NCBI GenBank assembly: GCA_944391615.1
Contig: CALXUE010000004.1
Coordinates: 10,212 to 74,211 of the forward strand
DNA length: 64,000 bases
From: an uncultured Alphaproteobacteria bacterium
Lineage (GTDB): Bacteria > Pseudomonadota > Alphaproteobacteria > RF32 > CAG-239
Reading direction: 5' to 3'
Position 1 is the first letter of the stretch. Each line of letters starts with the position of its first letter. The notes beneath the pieces were generated by a model. That model made no database searches, was not told the DNA's origin, and saw only the letters and a list, made by a program, of their open reading frames with translations. Position numbers and translations under genes: made by a program. Below, in pieces: positions 38,142-47,414 of the stretch.

Positions 38142-38983
38142 TGTTTAAGAAAATTCTCATACTTCTTCTGATAATAAGCGGTGGAATAGCCTTCACCGGC
38201 AGGGAGGCCTATGCGGACAAAGAAATCGTGCAAAAAGTCCTAAAGAAAACGGATGTTATTGAAAAGCAAGGGATATTTTATCTGGAAGAATATCAAAAAA
38301 TCAAGCGCAAGGTCCAAAAAACAGTAACCGGAGTCAAGCAAGCGATAACAACAGGCACGAATTTTGTCACGGCGGTCGCCAATGGAGATTTGGTAGGAGC
38401 AGTTTCGGCAGGAACGAGTTTAACCAACCAAATCAGCCAAAACCTAACCGGTAAAGATTTGGTGGAAGGAAAACAAATAAGCGCGGCCACGTCCATTGCC
38501 GGTAATGTGAGTTCGTTAATAACCAATCCAATGGAAACCCTAAAGACCAAGATACCAAGTTTTATAAGCGATGTAAAAGACTTGAAGAAAACCAAAAAGA
38601 ATGTTGAAGAAAATGTTGTTCCCGAAAACACCCAACAGGAAAACCCCACGGCCTATGCTGAACAGCAAAATAAAATAGATGATTTGCAGCGGCAAAATGT
38701 GTCATCATTTTATGCAAAGGCATTGGCAATGCGAGTGCAAATAGCCAAAGATAAGGCGGCCACGCCGGCAGAAATAGACACCACCAACGAAAGAGCCTTG
38801 ATACAAGCCTCAGTCATGGTAACCACCACCACGGCGCAAAGATTGGCCCGCATACTAGAGCTAGAGGCAGCCATGTATGAATATGAAACAACCCAAAGCA
38901 GCCGTAATTTTATTCGTATGGAAGAAGAGAGTGACACCGATACGGATACGCCACAAACCCCATCAAGCGAGGAGGAAAAATAA
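38141..38983 (+). CDS. Secreted helical protein (T4SS-associated)
   Basis: Signal peptide MFKKILILLLIISGGIAFTG. 280 aa. TAATG coupling with the upstream gene. Confidence 0.3.
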   Translation: MFKKILILLLIISGGIAFTGREAYADKEIVQKVLKKTDVIEKQGIFYLEEYQKIKRKVQKTVTGVKQAITTGTNFVTAVANGDLVGAVSAGTSLTNQISQNLTGKDLVEGKQISAATSIAGNVSSLITNPMETLKTKIPSFISDVKDLKKTKKNVEENVVPENTQQENPTAYAEQQNKIDDLQRQNVSSFYAKALAMRVQIAKDKAATPAEIDTTNERALIQASVMVTTTTAQRLARILELEAAMYEYETTQSSRNFIRMEEESDTDTDTPQTPSSEEEK

Positions 38984-38984
38984 A

Positions 38985-40214
38985 ATGAAAAAAATCATAT
39001 ATATTTCCGCCTTGTTGTTTGCCGTTATGCTGCTTCCATCGGAAGGAAACGCGATTCCCAAAATAGACGGAGGCAATGCTGCCAAAAATGCCGTAACCTC
39101 GGTGACCAATTTTGCCGATAACGCCAAGAAAAAATATGATGAAATATCTAATTCGACATTAATCAAAACCATAGGAAACGGCATTGATGAAGCTAAAGGC
39201 ATGTATAAAAAATATGAAGAATACAAAGCCAAAGCAGAAGCCTTTCGTGAAGATCCGCTGCAAGCCAGCTTGAATTTGATTGAAGAACAAGCCCAAAAAG
39301 AACAAGAAAAGAAAGGAACCAAGGACGAAAATGGGGATAATTCGTCAGAAACATCAGAAGAAACGGATGGTTTCTTTACCAAGTTGAATGAAAAAGTCAA
39401 TACGGTAAAGGAGGCTACCGATTTGCAGCAGCAAGAAGAAAATTTATTAAAGAATATAAATGAGGCTAAAGACGCTAAAAGAACGGAAGTAGAAAGCAAA
39501 GTAAAAGTTTTGGAAGAAAACAATGCGCAATTAGAACAAGAGATAGAAGACAATCCATCCCGCAAAGAGGAATTAACCAAACAAATAGAAAAGAACAACG
39601 CCAAAATAAAAGCTTACCAAGCCGGTTTGGAAGCAAGCGAACAAGAAATCACCGCTGAAGATGTAGCCAAATTAACGGATGTGCAAGGAGCCTTAAAGAA
39701 TATGCAAGACAAGGCGGAAGCATGGGCAAATGAGCAAACACAAAAAGTAAAAGAAGAATTGCTTTCTAAATTAAATTCGATGAACCCGGAAGAAGATTTG
39801 AAACAAAACACTGAGAACAATTTCCTAGCCAATAATGAGGTGGAAGATGCCGGCAATATTATAGCCAAAAGGAGCTACCGTAAACAAGAAGCCGGCACCA
39901 CGGCAATAGAAACAGTAGCGCAGGTTGCTACCATCAAAAGAGAGTTAGATGATGATAAAACATTTACCCAGAACATTGCCAGCCGCACAGGAGCGACAGA
40001 CGGTTCTTTGCCCGCCAATATAACAGACACGCAGGCAACCATAGCCGTCGTGCAAGAATTGGCCAAAACAATAGAATTAAAAATAATGGATTTGAAATTA
40101 AAAACGGCTTCCGAAATGGCACAGTTTGAAAAAACGAGCAGTGAGCCGGATTCGGACATAACCAAATTTAGTCTGGACAAATACATATGCGATGGGCAAA
40201 ACAGTGGAGAATAA
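38985..40214 (+). CDS. Secreted coiled-coil protein, VirB5/TrbJ-like N-terminus (paralog)
   Basis: Start MKKIIYISALLFAVMLLPSEGNA with a GAGGAGG Shine-Dalgarno. Mature N-terminus IPKIDGGNAAKNA…. Coiled coil. 409 aa. Confidence 0.35.
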   Translation: MKKIIYISALLFAVMLLPSEGNAIPKIDGGNAAKNAVTSVTNFADNAKKKYDEISNSTLIKTIGNGIDEAKGMYKKYEEYKAKAEAFREDPLQASLNLIEEQAQKEQEKKGTKDENGDNSSETSEETDGFFTKLNEKVNTVKEATDLQQQEENLLKNINEAKDAKRTEVESKVKVLEENNAQLEQEIEDNPSRKEELTKQIEKNNAKIKAYQAGLEASEQEITAEDVAKLTDVQGALKNMQDKAEAWANEQTQKVKEELLSKLNSMNPEEDLKQNTENNFLANNEVEDAGNIIAKRSYRKQEAGTTAIETVAQVATIKRELDDDKTFTQNIASRTGATDGSLPANITDTQATIAVVQELAKTIELKIMDLKLKTASEMAQFEKTSSEPDSDITKFSLDKYICDGQNSGE

Positions 40215-40216
40215 CC

Positions 40217-43200
40217 ATGATAAAGACAAGAAAAATATCAAAAATATTGTTCACGGTCATAAGCGTTATGATGTTTGCACCGCGTATTGCTCAGGGGTTA
40301 ATCATAGGCGGCGGAACGCCGACCATAGACGGGTTAACGGACGGAGCCATGAGTGTTGATTTTACGGCCACGACCCTAAAAACGACGGTTATGGGATATG
40401 TCAAAACCGTGCAAGAAAATCTGCAATTGATAAAATCGCGTTATGAGCAATATAAAAACGATTTTATCGGTGTCATGAATGGCGAAAACAAATCTCCAAT
40501 ACCGGGAACCAGAACCATAGAAGATTCGCAATTAGCAGCGTCCGATGATCCGACAGCCGTGCAGCGCGCGATTTATGATTTATTTATGACCTATCCGTCG
40601 AGTGATTATAAAAGTAAGCAAGTATGCGACAAAAAGCTAACCCAGTTTTATATAGATACGATTATAGAGATAAACACGGCGGCCCAAAAGCTGGAACAAG
40701 AGTTTAATAATGAACTCAAGCCCAAGGTAGAGAATCTGACCTCAGATATTATGGGCGGAGAAAACGGAGCTGAGGTTGCCGACAGCAACAACGCCGCATG
40801 GAAAAACAAATATAATGTATACAAAACATTAGATGACTTGGTGGAGATGTATGAAGAACTCGTAGCGATGGATGCGCAGTTTACGGCGGCCAAAGCCATG
40901 AAAGACGACATTCCGAGGTTAGTTCCAAGTAGCGAAGGTGATTATCAAAAAGACAGCCACCTGCTTCAAGATGAAGTAAAAAAATATGCGGCCACCAAAA
41001 TCAGCCGAGAGGTAATGGCGTTTGGACAATTGCAAGGAACAGACACATCAGAAAATCCATCATCGGGATATCAATTTCGTTATGACCCGAGCAAATCATC
41101 GGCAATCAGTTTTCAAGAGGATGTTTCAACCGATATGCAGTCGCCATATGCCGGCAATGAGGCAGCGATAGCAGATTTAGCCACGCTAGACCCCACATAT
41201 CACAAAGTTTTGGCCGCCATGCAGATTCACAATTTGATTCAAACCTTGCCCAGCAAGAAGAAAGTTTTTATAAGGTATAACCAGTTTGTCAAATTGCATG
41301 AAAAGACCGTGGAGAAATTAAAGGCATCGGACCAATGTGTTCGCAACCTGTTAGGGGACTATTATGAAGATGCCGACAAAACATGGTACGGAGATGTGTT
41401 TATAGGCACTCAAATAACGGATTATGATTTAAGAGAAGGCTTGTCAAGATGGGCAATAGACAGTTATGAGGCTCTCAAAGCCGCAAAAGCCAATAATTAT
41501 AATCAAGAAGACTACGCCGAGACCGATTTGTCGCCTTATAAAGATTCGGAAGGATATACTGTCAGTGAGGAGCAAGAATCTAAGATGATGGAGGGAGCCA
41601 ATACACAAACAAACAGCGGCTATAAAACCAAAAGCAAAGAGGAAGCAGCCCAAGAAAACGAGCGAGAAGTGACGATGCTGGCATGGAATGTCGGAGCAGA
41701 GGCGATGGAGCTGTTGGCCCAAGACCAATATTCAGCCACACCGCAGTGGGGTACGGTAAAAAACAAATTTCCGATATGGACGGACCAAAAAAGTTTTTAT
41801 GGACAATATCTGGACGGCAAATATGAGAATATGAAAAAAATAATAGATAGGATGGACCTGAGGGCCGGTACCCTAAAAATCGCCATGAGGCTGAATGAAA
41901 TCTCATCCAAACCAAAGATTGTCAAAAATTTGGTTCAAAAATATTTGCAGAAACAATATCTAAAAGTTGCCGCCAATCCGATATTGACGGATAATGACAA
42001 CGACGAATATGCACAAATAACGGCAGAAAAAGCCGAAGCAATAGAAACCTTGCAAGAAAATTTATCTCAAAAGCTAAGCGAAACAGCAGAAAAGCGCAAA
42101 GTATCGGTAGCAGAATTGGATATGGAGCAAGAAAGCAAAAACAACAATGTTCAAACATTGAATGAGGCAGAGATACCCGGCCGAGTAGAAGAACCGAGAG
42201 AAGGTATCGACACGGAAGATGTCAGAGAAGAAATTTCCGTGCAAGATAAAGAAATCTCAAATAAAAACAAAACAATAGCAAGCATAGACCAACAAAGTGA
42301 GGCTTATAAGAATGCCTATATCAACAAAGAACAAAAAATAGAAAAAGAATATGCATCGGCAATAGCGGATATTCCGACCGCCAGCATTCCGAAATTAAGC
42401 ACCTCTATCACGGAACAAGTCTCAAAAACCATAACGCAGGCAGACATAACGGCCGCAGCAGCACTTATGAGCAGCGTTGTGTCAAAGGCAGAGGACATAA
42501 CAACTGATATGAAGAATTATGCCAAAGAATTAATAGACCAAGCCAGACAGGATATCTATGCGATGGGAGACGAAATATATCTGCCCTCAGGCGGAGAAGC
42601 TGTCTTGGAAAGACACCAAGAATTAATTAGAGCCCTGAAGAGTTTAAGTTTCAAGAACATGTCAGAGGCCAAACCATCCATAGCAGAGTTAGCCGGTTGG
42701 TTGGAGGGAGAAAAATTCATCAATGAAACCATAACATCGGTCATAACCGGACAAATCTGCCAAAAATATAGTTGCACAGAAGCCGATGAAGAATACTATG
42801 TCAGCCAAAACGCCCGATTTAGAGACTTTGTCGGACCCAAAGCGGCGCCGGCCACCACAACGGCACCGATGAGAGAGGTTGTGCACATGGATTATGTAGA
42901 TTATCAAAACCTCCCGAAATTGGATGATGGCAGCATTTCTAAAAAAGATATTTTATCCTATGGCCAAAAAGTTCCTGCGGTATGGGAATATATGTTAAAA
43001 AATCCGGCCTATGTAGAAAAAGACATAAACCTTGAAGCAGCTCTGAGTAAGGGAAATGAAGAACTAAGCTTTTTAAGGGGAGGATTTTTGCCATGCCGAA
43101 TGAAGAGCTATGCTCTAGATATGAATGTCAAAAGAAAAAGTTATAGCATAAGAGCCTATAATAGCAGCGAAGCACTGAATGATTGTATAGGCTATAGCCT

Positions 43201-43945
43201 GTATGGCATAATGATTAAAGACGAGAGCCTTGCCGAAAACAACACGGCAATGATTATGAAGCAAGAAGAAGATGAAGTAGGTTCTTCAAGCGAATTGGGA
43301 ACATTGCTGAAATACGCGGACAACAAGATATATTTCAATGACTCAAGCAAAACCGCATACGACAGAGTAAGCGAAATATATGCCAACGCCAATGAAGATT
43401 ATAGCGAAAACATAAAAGACAAAGTCTATGAAAATGCGCTTTTCTCCAGGAACCAAATCGGAGACTTTTTAACCTTTATGGATTTGGAGAGTGAAATGCG
43501 CCAAAATAAAGACGAACTGGAAGAAAAAGTAACAGAAATCAAAACAGAGCTCACCGAGGAGCTGAGCAAAGCAGGCTTTACCCCGACAGAAGATTTTGAT
43601 TTATCAAAAGAAGAAGACTATAATCTAGCTCGCACAAAACTTGATGAACTCAAAGAGCAGTGGTTGCAAGATGCCGCCGCAGACATAAACAAAGTAACCA
43701 CGCCCGACAACAGCGTTGTCAAGGACCGCTTGGACACCTTAAAAAATATGATATCAGTTTTGCAAATGGACAAGAATGAGCTGATGAATGTCTCTGAGGC
43801 CACCAAAGCAGATGACGCCTTTGCCGAGGAAATCAAAAGCGAAGAAGTCAACCAAGCGGCAGCCGATAAATATATTTCGGAAGCCGATGAAGAATTTGAA
43901 AAGAGAATGAATTCTCTGCCGACACCATATTGCGCGACATATTAA
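40217..43945 (+). CDS. Giant secreted hydrophilic protein (1242 aa) in the virB5/virB6 slot
   Basis: Signal peptide MIKTRKISKILFTVISVMMFAPRIAQG, then TPTIDGLTDG…. No TM segments. Extensive coiled coil. Confidence 0.35.
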   Translation: MIKTRKISKILFTVISVMMFAPRIAQGLIIGGGTPTIDGLTDGAMSVDFTATTLKTTVMGYVKTVQENLQLIKSRYEQYKNDFIGVMNGENKSPIPGTRTIEDSQLAASDDPTAVQRAIYDLFMTYPSSDYKSKQVCDKKLTQFYIDTIIEINTAAQKLEQEFNNELKPKVENLTSDIMGGENGAEVADSNNAAWKNKYNVYKTLDDLVEMYEELVAMDAQFTAAKAMKDDIPRLVPSSEGDYQKDSHLLQDEVKKYAATKISREVMAFGQLQGTDTSENPSSGYQFRYDPSKSSAISFQEDVSTDMQSPYAGNEAAIADLATLDPTYHKVLAAMQIHNLIQTLPSKKKVFIRYNQFVKLHEKTVEKLKASDQCVRNLLGDYYEDADKTWYGDVFIGTQITDYDLREGLSRWAIDSYEALKAAKANNYNQEDYAETDLSPYKDSEGYTVSEEQESKMMEGANTQTNSGYKTKSKEEAAQENEREVTMLAWNVGAEAMELLAQDQYSATPQWGTVKNKFPIWTDQKSFYGQYLDGKYENMKKIIDRMDLRAGTLKIAMRLNEISSKPKIVKNLVQKYLQKQYLKVAANPILTDNDNDEYAQITAEKAEAIETLQENLSQKLSETAEKRKVSVAELDMEQESKNNNVQTLNEAEIPGRVEEPREGIDTEDVREEISVQDKEISNKNKTIASIDQQSEAYKNAYINKEQKIEKEYASAIADIPTASIPKLSTSITEQVSKTITQADITAAAALMSSVVSKAEDITTDMKNYAKELIDQARQDIYAMGDEIYLPSGGEAVLERHQELIRALKSLSFKNMSEAKPSIAELAGWLEGEKFINETITSVITGQICQKYSCTEADEEYYVSQNARFRDFVGPKAAPATTTAPMREVVHMDYVDYQNLPKLDDGSISKKDILSYGQKVPAVWEYMLKNPAYVEKDINLEAALSKGNEELSFLRGGFLPCRMKSYALDMNVKRKSYSIRAYNSSEALNDCIGYSLYGIMIKDESLAENNTAMIMKQEEDEVGSSSELGTLLKYADNKIYFNDSSKTAYDRVSEIYANANEDYSENIKDKVYENALFSRNQIGDFLTFMDLESEMRQNKDELEEKVTEIKTELTEELSKAGFTPTEDFDLSKEEDYNLARTKLDELKEQWLQDAAADINKVTTPDNSVVKDRLDTLKNMISVLQMDKNELMNVSEATKADDAFAEEIKSEEVNQAAADKYISEADEEFEKRMNSLPTPYCATY

Positions 43946-43958
43946 GAGAGAATAAAAA

Positions 43959-44717
43959 ATGGCCACACCAAATCCGCAAATCGAGAACAGTCAGCAAAAA
44001 TTGCTGGAAAGCAATTCCGAGCAAGGCCACGCCAAGTTCATCGAGCAGGAAGAAAAAAAGGTAGAAACAGCTAAATATCATTATTATTTATGGCTGTCGA
44101 GAATGTTTATCATGTTTGCCGTATTGTCATTAATTGTTTTGCTGAGTTCATCATTATCGTTGTTTAACTTAGCACCACAAGTTACGGTAGAGCCATTTTT
44201 AATCATCAAGCAAGACACCTCGGACGGCATTGTCAGATATGAGCCGATAGCATTAGACATGGCCTCCAAGAAACAACTGATGGAATTGTTTGTAAAGCAA
44301 TACGTCATATTGCGCAACACCATCATAAGAGATGAAAAAGAAATGATGCTTCGGTGGTATCCTGGCGGCATGATAAATTATTTGTCATCAGATTATGTAT
44401 TTTCAGTTTTCAACGCCTATCGAGAAGAGATGTGGGATAAAATATTCAAGAGCAAAATTGTGAGGGAGGTTGAAATAATTTCAGCCACCAAGCAAGGCGG
44501 AGAAAATAGTCCGATATGGAAAGTAGATTTCAGAACATATGATATCTTAGATAAAAACACCAACGACAAAAGCCGAGGCAAAACCCTGAGAATAGGTTAT
44601 TGGACGGCGTCGGTGACAGCCTTTTTCATACCGCAAAGGCAATTTGTCGGGTTAAGATTGATAAATCCGCTGGGGTTCACGGTGGCCCGCTATTCGCAAA
44701 CGGAAGTAAATTTTTAG
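43959..44717 (+). CDS. virB8: VirB8 T4SS protein (copy a)
   Basis: Cytoplasmic N-terminus, one TM, periplasmic NTF2-like domain ending in the NPLGFTVARY signature. Confidence 0.8.
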   Translation: MATPNPQIENSQQKLLESNSEQGHAKFIEQEEKKVETAKYHYYLWLSRMFIMFAVLSLIVLLSSSLSLFNLAPQVTVEPFLIIKQDTSDGIVRYEPIALDMASKKQLMELFVKQYVILRNTIIRDEKEMMLRWYPGGMINYLSSDYVFSVFNAYREEMWDKIFKSKIVREVEIISATKQGGENSPIWKVDFRTYDILDKNTNDKSRGKTLRIGYWTASVTAFFIPQRQFVGLRLINPLGFTVARYSQTEVNF

Positions 44718-44831
44718 GCAAACAAAGATAAGTTGGGGATTTTCTGGGGTTGCGTATATACAAATAAAATAAAAAAGTATATCAATAAAATAAGTATACT
44801 TGAAAGCAACCCAAAGAAAGGCCTTAAAACA

Positions 44832-45020
44832 ATGTCAAAAAAACTCATCATAGCGTTTCTAGCAATATTTTTAACGGCATGTGGTGTTTTTGGCTCCTAT
44901 TATGAAGCAGAACCAATCGGTGTCGGCAAAGGCATGGATGAATTAAAATTATCCCCTTGCTCATGCTTGCAGCTTGATTTGCCAAAGAATTTACCCGATT
45001 GGTATATAGAAACCATATAA
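44832..45020 (+). CDS. VirB7-like small lipoprotein
   Basis: Preferred start MSKKLIIAFLAIFLTACG (lipobox). 62 aa. Lies between the two virB8 paralogs, as in the Rickettsiales rvh arrangement. Confidence 0.5.
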   Translation: MSKKLIIAFLAIFLTACGVFGSYYEAEPIGVGKGMDELKLSPCSCLQLDLPKNLPDWYIETI

Positions 45021-45046
45021 CAAATAGCAAAAGCGGAAAATAAAAT

Positions 45047-45772
45047 ATGGTTGCAGAGCTCGGACCCAATAACAGTAAACAAAAATTGCTGCAAGGCAAA
45101 AGTCAGGAAAAAATTCCTTCACGCGCAGGGCAGGATATGTTTGTCGGCAATATCGGAGAAAAAAGATATTTGTGGACGGCGCGAGCCTTTGCCATCATAA
45201 CGGCATTGAGTATATGCTGCAATATTGTTTTGCTTCTGGCAATAGGACAAGTAATACCATTGTACCGAGTAGAGCCGTTTTTGCTCACCTTCCAAAGTCA
45301 AGATGAACAAGTTTATAATATCCAGCCGGTAGAAGGTTTGGAGGACGAAAAAGCCATAACAGAGGTTTTTGTGAGAGAATATGTTTTACTCCGCAGTGCG
45401 TTCACAAGAAATATATCGGAAATGGAATCAAGGTGGATGCCGGGAGGAATGGTTCAAGAAATGTCGTCACAAGTTGTGTATGATGACTTTTTAAAGAACA
45501 CGGCACAGCCAGCATTAGAAATCATCCGCAAAAGAAATTTGGAAAGACAGGTTAGAATATTAACGGTAAACGAGTTGGGACGAGGCTTGTGGCAGGTAGA
45601 ATATGAAACACAAGATATGTATCCGGAATCAACCACGCCGGAAATCAATTATTGGACGGCAAGCATGAGAATAAGTTACCGTCATAAAACAGTAAAATAC
45701 GGAGAAAGATTAAAAAATCCGGTAGGCTTTACAGTTATACAGTATTCGTTAACATATAATAAGCTAAAATAG
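45047..45772 (+). CDS. virB8: VirB8 T4SS protein (copy b)
   Basis: Same architecture, with C-terminal KNPVGFTVIQY. Confidence 0.8.
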   Translation: MVAELGPNNSKQKLLQGKSQEKIPSRAGQDMFVGNIGEKRYLWTARAFAIITALSICCNIVLLLAIGQVIPLYRVEPFLLTFQSQDEQVYNIQPVEGLEDEKAITEVFVREYVLLRSAFTRNISEMESRWMPGGMVQEMSSQVVYDDFLKNTAQPALEIIRKRNLERQVRILTVNELGRGLWQVEYETQDMYPESTTPEINYWTASMRISYRHKTVKYGERLKNPVGFTVIQYSLTYNKLK

Positions 45773-45800
45773 GATTCTATGAAGAACAGGGTGTAACGAA

Positions 45801-47414
45801 ATGTCCAAACAAATATCAAAAATAATAATACTGAGTGTGGCGCTGATGCTGAGTCAGAGTGTTAAAGCGGAAGTCACGATGAACAATCTGGACCAAAATG
45901 CAGACCAGAGCCAAGGAATGTACACCCCGATGAATATGGATTATGCCGGTTTTAGCTCCTTGGGCATGACCCAAGCGGCATGGTTGGATCCGTTGCAAAA
46001 TTTAGGAGAGGGACAAATTCGTCCGGCCTATTCAAAATATTATTGGTCGCCGGATTTGGTTTTGCCGATACGCCTGCGCGAAGGAATGATGACCTTGGTT
46101 AACTTTCCGGACTGGGAGTTGATAGAAGATATGTATATCGGGGATAGCGCGACGTTTGACGGACAAATCACCGGCCCGAATACCGTTTTGTTATATCCCA
46201 GAAAAGGCGCAAATGTCGGAGTTGATACAAATATAATTTTGTTTGGCCGTTCGGGTAACAGATATGTGTTTTACGTTAAGAGCGAAGGTGTCAACACAGA
46301 AAGACTCACCAATTCCATTATAGATATAGAGGTCTTAGACAGTAACGCCGGCGGTAATTCTGGCGGCAATAAGGCTTATGGATGGAGCAGTATGGGGAAT
46401 GCAAGCGGCAGTCGTTCCTCATCATCACGCTTTCTAAAAAGCAATCAAAAAAACAACTGGATAGAAGAAATACCGGTTGACCCGTCAAAATTCAGATTCG
46501 ATATAGAAATATATGTTCCCAATCCGGATGATGTCGTGATAGCGCCGGAAAGAGTTTGGCGTGATGATATATTCACATACATAGATTTAGGAGCCAAAGC
46601 ATTAAATATGACGCAACGCCCGATAGTCACCATGATAGTAGAGCGTTCGGAAGTGCCTGTTGGCTTCAGAACCAAAGGTCCGAATAATAGATTAATAATC
46701 GTAGAAGGTATCGGCGATATGGTCTTAAGAAACGGGAAGCGCATAGTTTGCTTGAAGTTGCGCCGTTCGGATGATGTCGGTTTAGACAACATCACATACG
46801 CAGATGACTTATTTGATAATGAGTGGCAGGTTCAAGCACCGATTCCCGCCAGAAACACCATGGATATGAGTGACGGCACGGTCTTTCAGGGCAGAGGCAG
46901 CTATGATCCGGAAATATCCGGCGGAATGTCCGGCAATTATGGATACGGAGCAAGCGGTAGTGCAAACGGAGCGTCACAATACAACAGCACTGGAGATTTC
47001 GGCAATGGACAAGCGCCGCTAAATATGGGGGCCGCAGGCGGATTTGATTATGCCAATATGCAACACATAACCAATACGCAAAATTACAATACCCCCAACA
47101 ACAAGAGTTTTGCCGGAGCATTAGGTTACGGACAAGGTTTGGTGGGGGCGTCCGATGGAGATGTGTCCATAGAGTTGGGCGTTGATGCCAATGTCGAAAA
47201 TCTTGAAAATCTCTGGGCAGATTTGAACAAAAAATACCCCAAACTGCTAAAAGATTATGAGCCGTATTATTCAGTTGATGCACCGGCAGACGGTCATGGC
47301 AAAGAATTATTTCATCTGCGCATAGGTCCGGTAGGCAAATTGGAGGAGGGCGATTTTATCTGCAGCACATTGGGTCGTAGCGGTGTATTTTGCAGCGTGG
47401 TAAGAACGCAATGA
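45801..47414 (+). CDS. virB9: VirB9/TrbG-family protein, expanded with Gly/Ser/Asn-rich inserts
   Basis: Signal peptide. N-terminal VirB9 domain (…LVNFPDWELIEDMYIGDSATF…). About 537 aa, versus roughly 250-300 aa for canonical VirB9 proteins, owing to low-complexity Gly-rich insertions. Confidence 0.65.
   Translation: MSKQISKIIILSVALMLSQSVKAEVTMNNLDQNADQSQGMYTPMNMDYAGFSSLGMTQAAWLDPLQNLGEGQIRPAYSKYYWSPDLVLPIRLREGMMTLVNFPDWELIEDMYIGDSATFDGQITGPNTVLLYPRKGANVGVDTNIILFGRSGNRYVFYVKSEGVNTERLTNSIIDIEVLDSNAGGNSGGNKAYGWSSMGNASGSRSSSSRFLKSNQKNNWIEEIPVDPSKFRFDIEIYVPNPDDVVIAPERVWRDDIFTYIDLGAKALNMTQRPIVTMIVERSEVPVGFRTKGPNNRLIIVEGIGDMVLRNGKRIVCLKLRRSDDVGLDNITYADDLFDNEWQVQAPIPARNTMDMSDGTVFQGRGSYDPEISGGMSGNYGYGASGSANGASQYNSTGDFGNGQAPLNMGAAGGFDYANMQHITNTQNYNTPNNKSFAGALGYGQGLVGASDGDVSIELGVDANVENLENLWADLNKKYPKLLKDYEPYYSVDAPADGHGKELFHLRIGPVGKLEEGDFICSTLGRSGVFCSVVRTQ

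Noticed and set aside
40217-43945. Possibility that the 1242-aa protein is VirB6
   Set aside because: VirB6/TrbL are polytopic membrane proteins. This protein has only an N-terminal signal peptide and no further hydrophobic segments, so I describe it as secreted coiled-coil instead.
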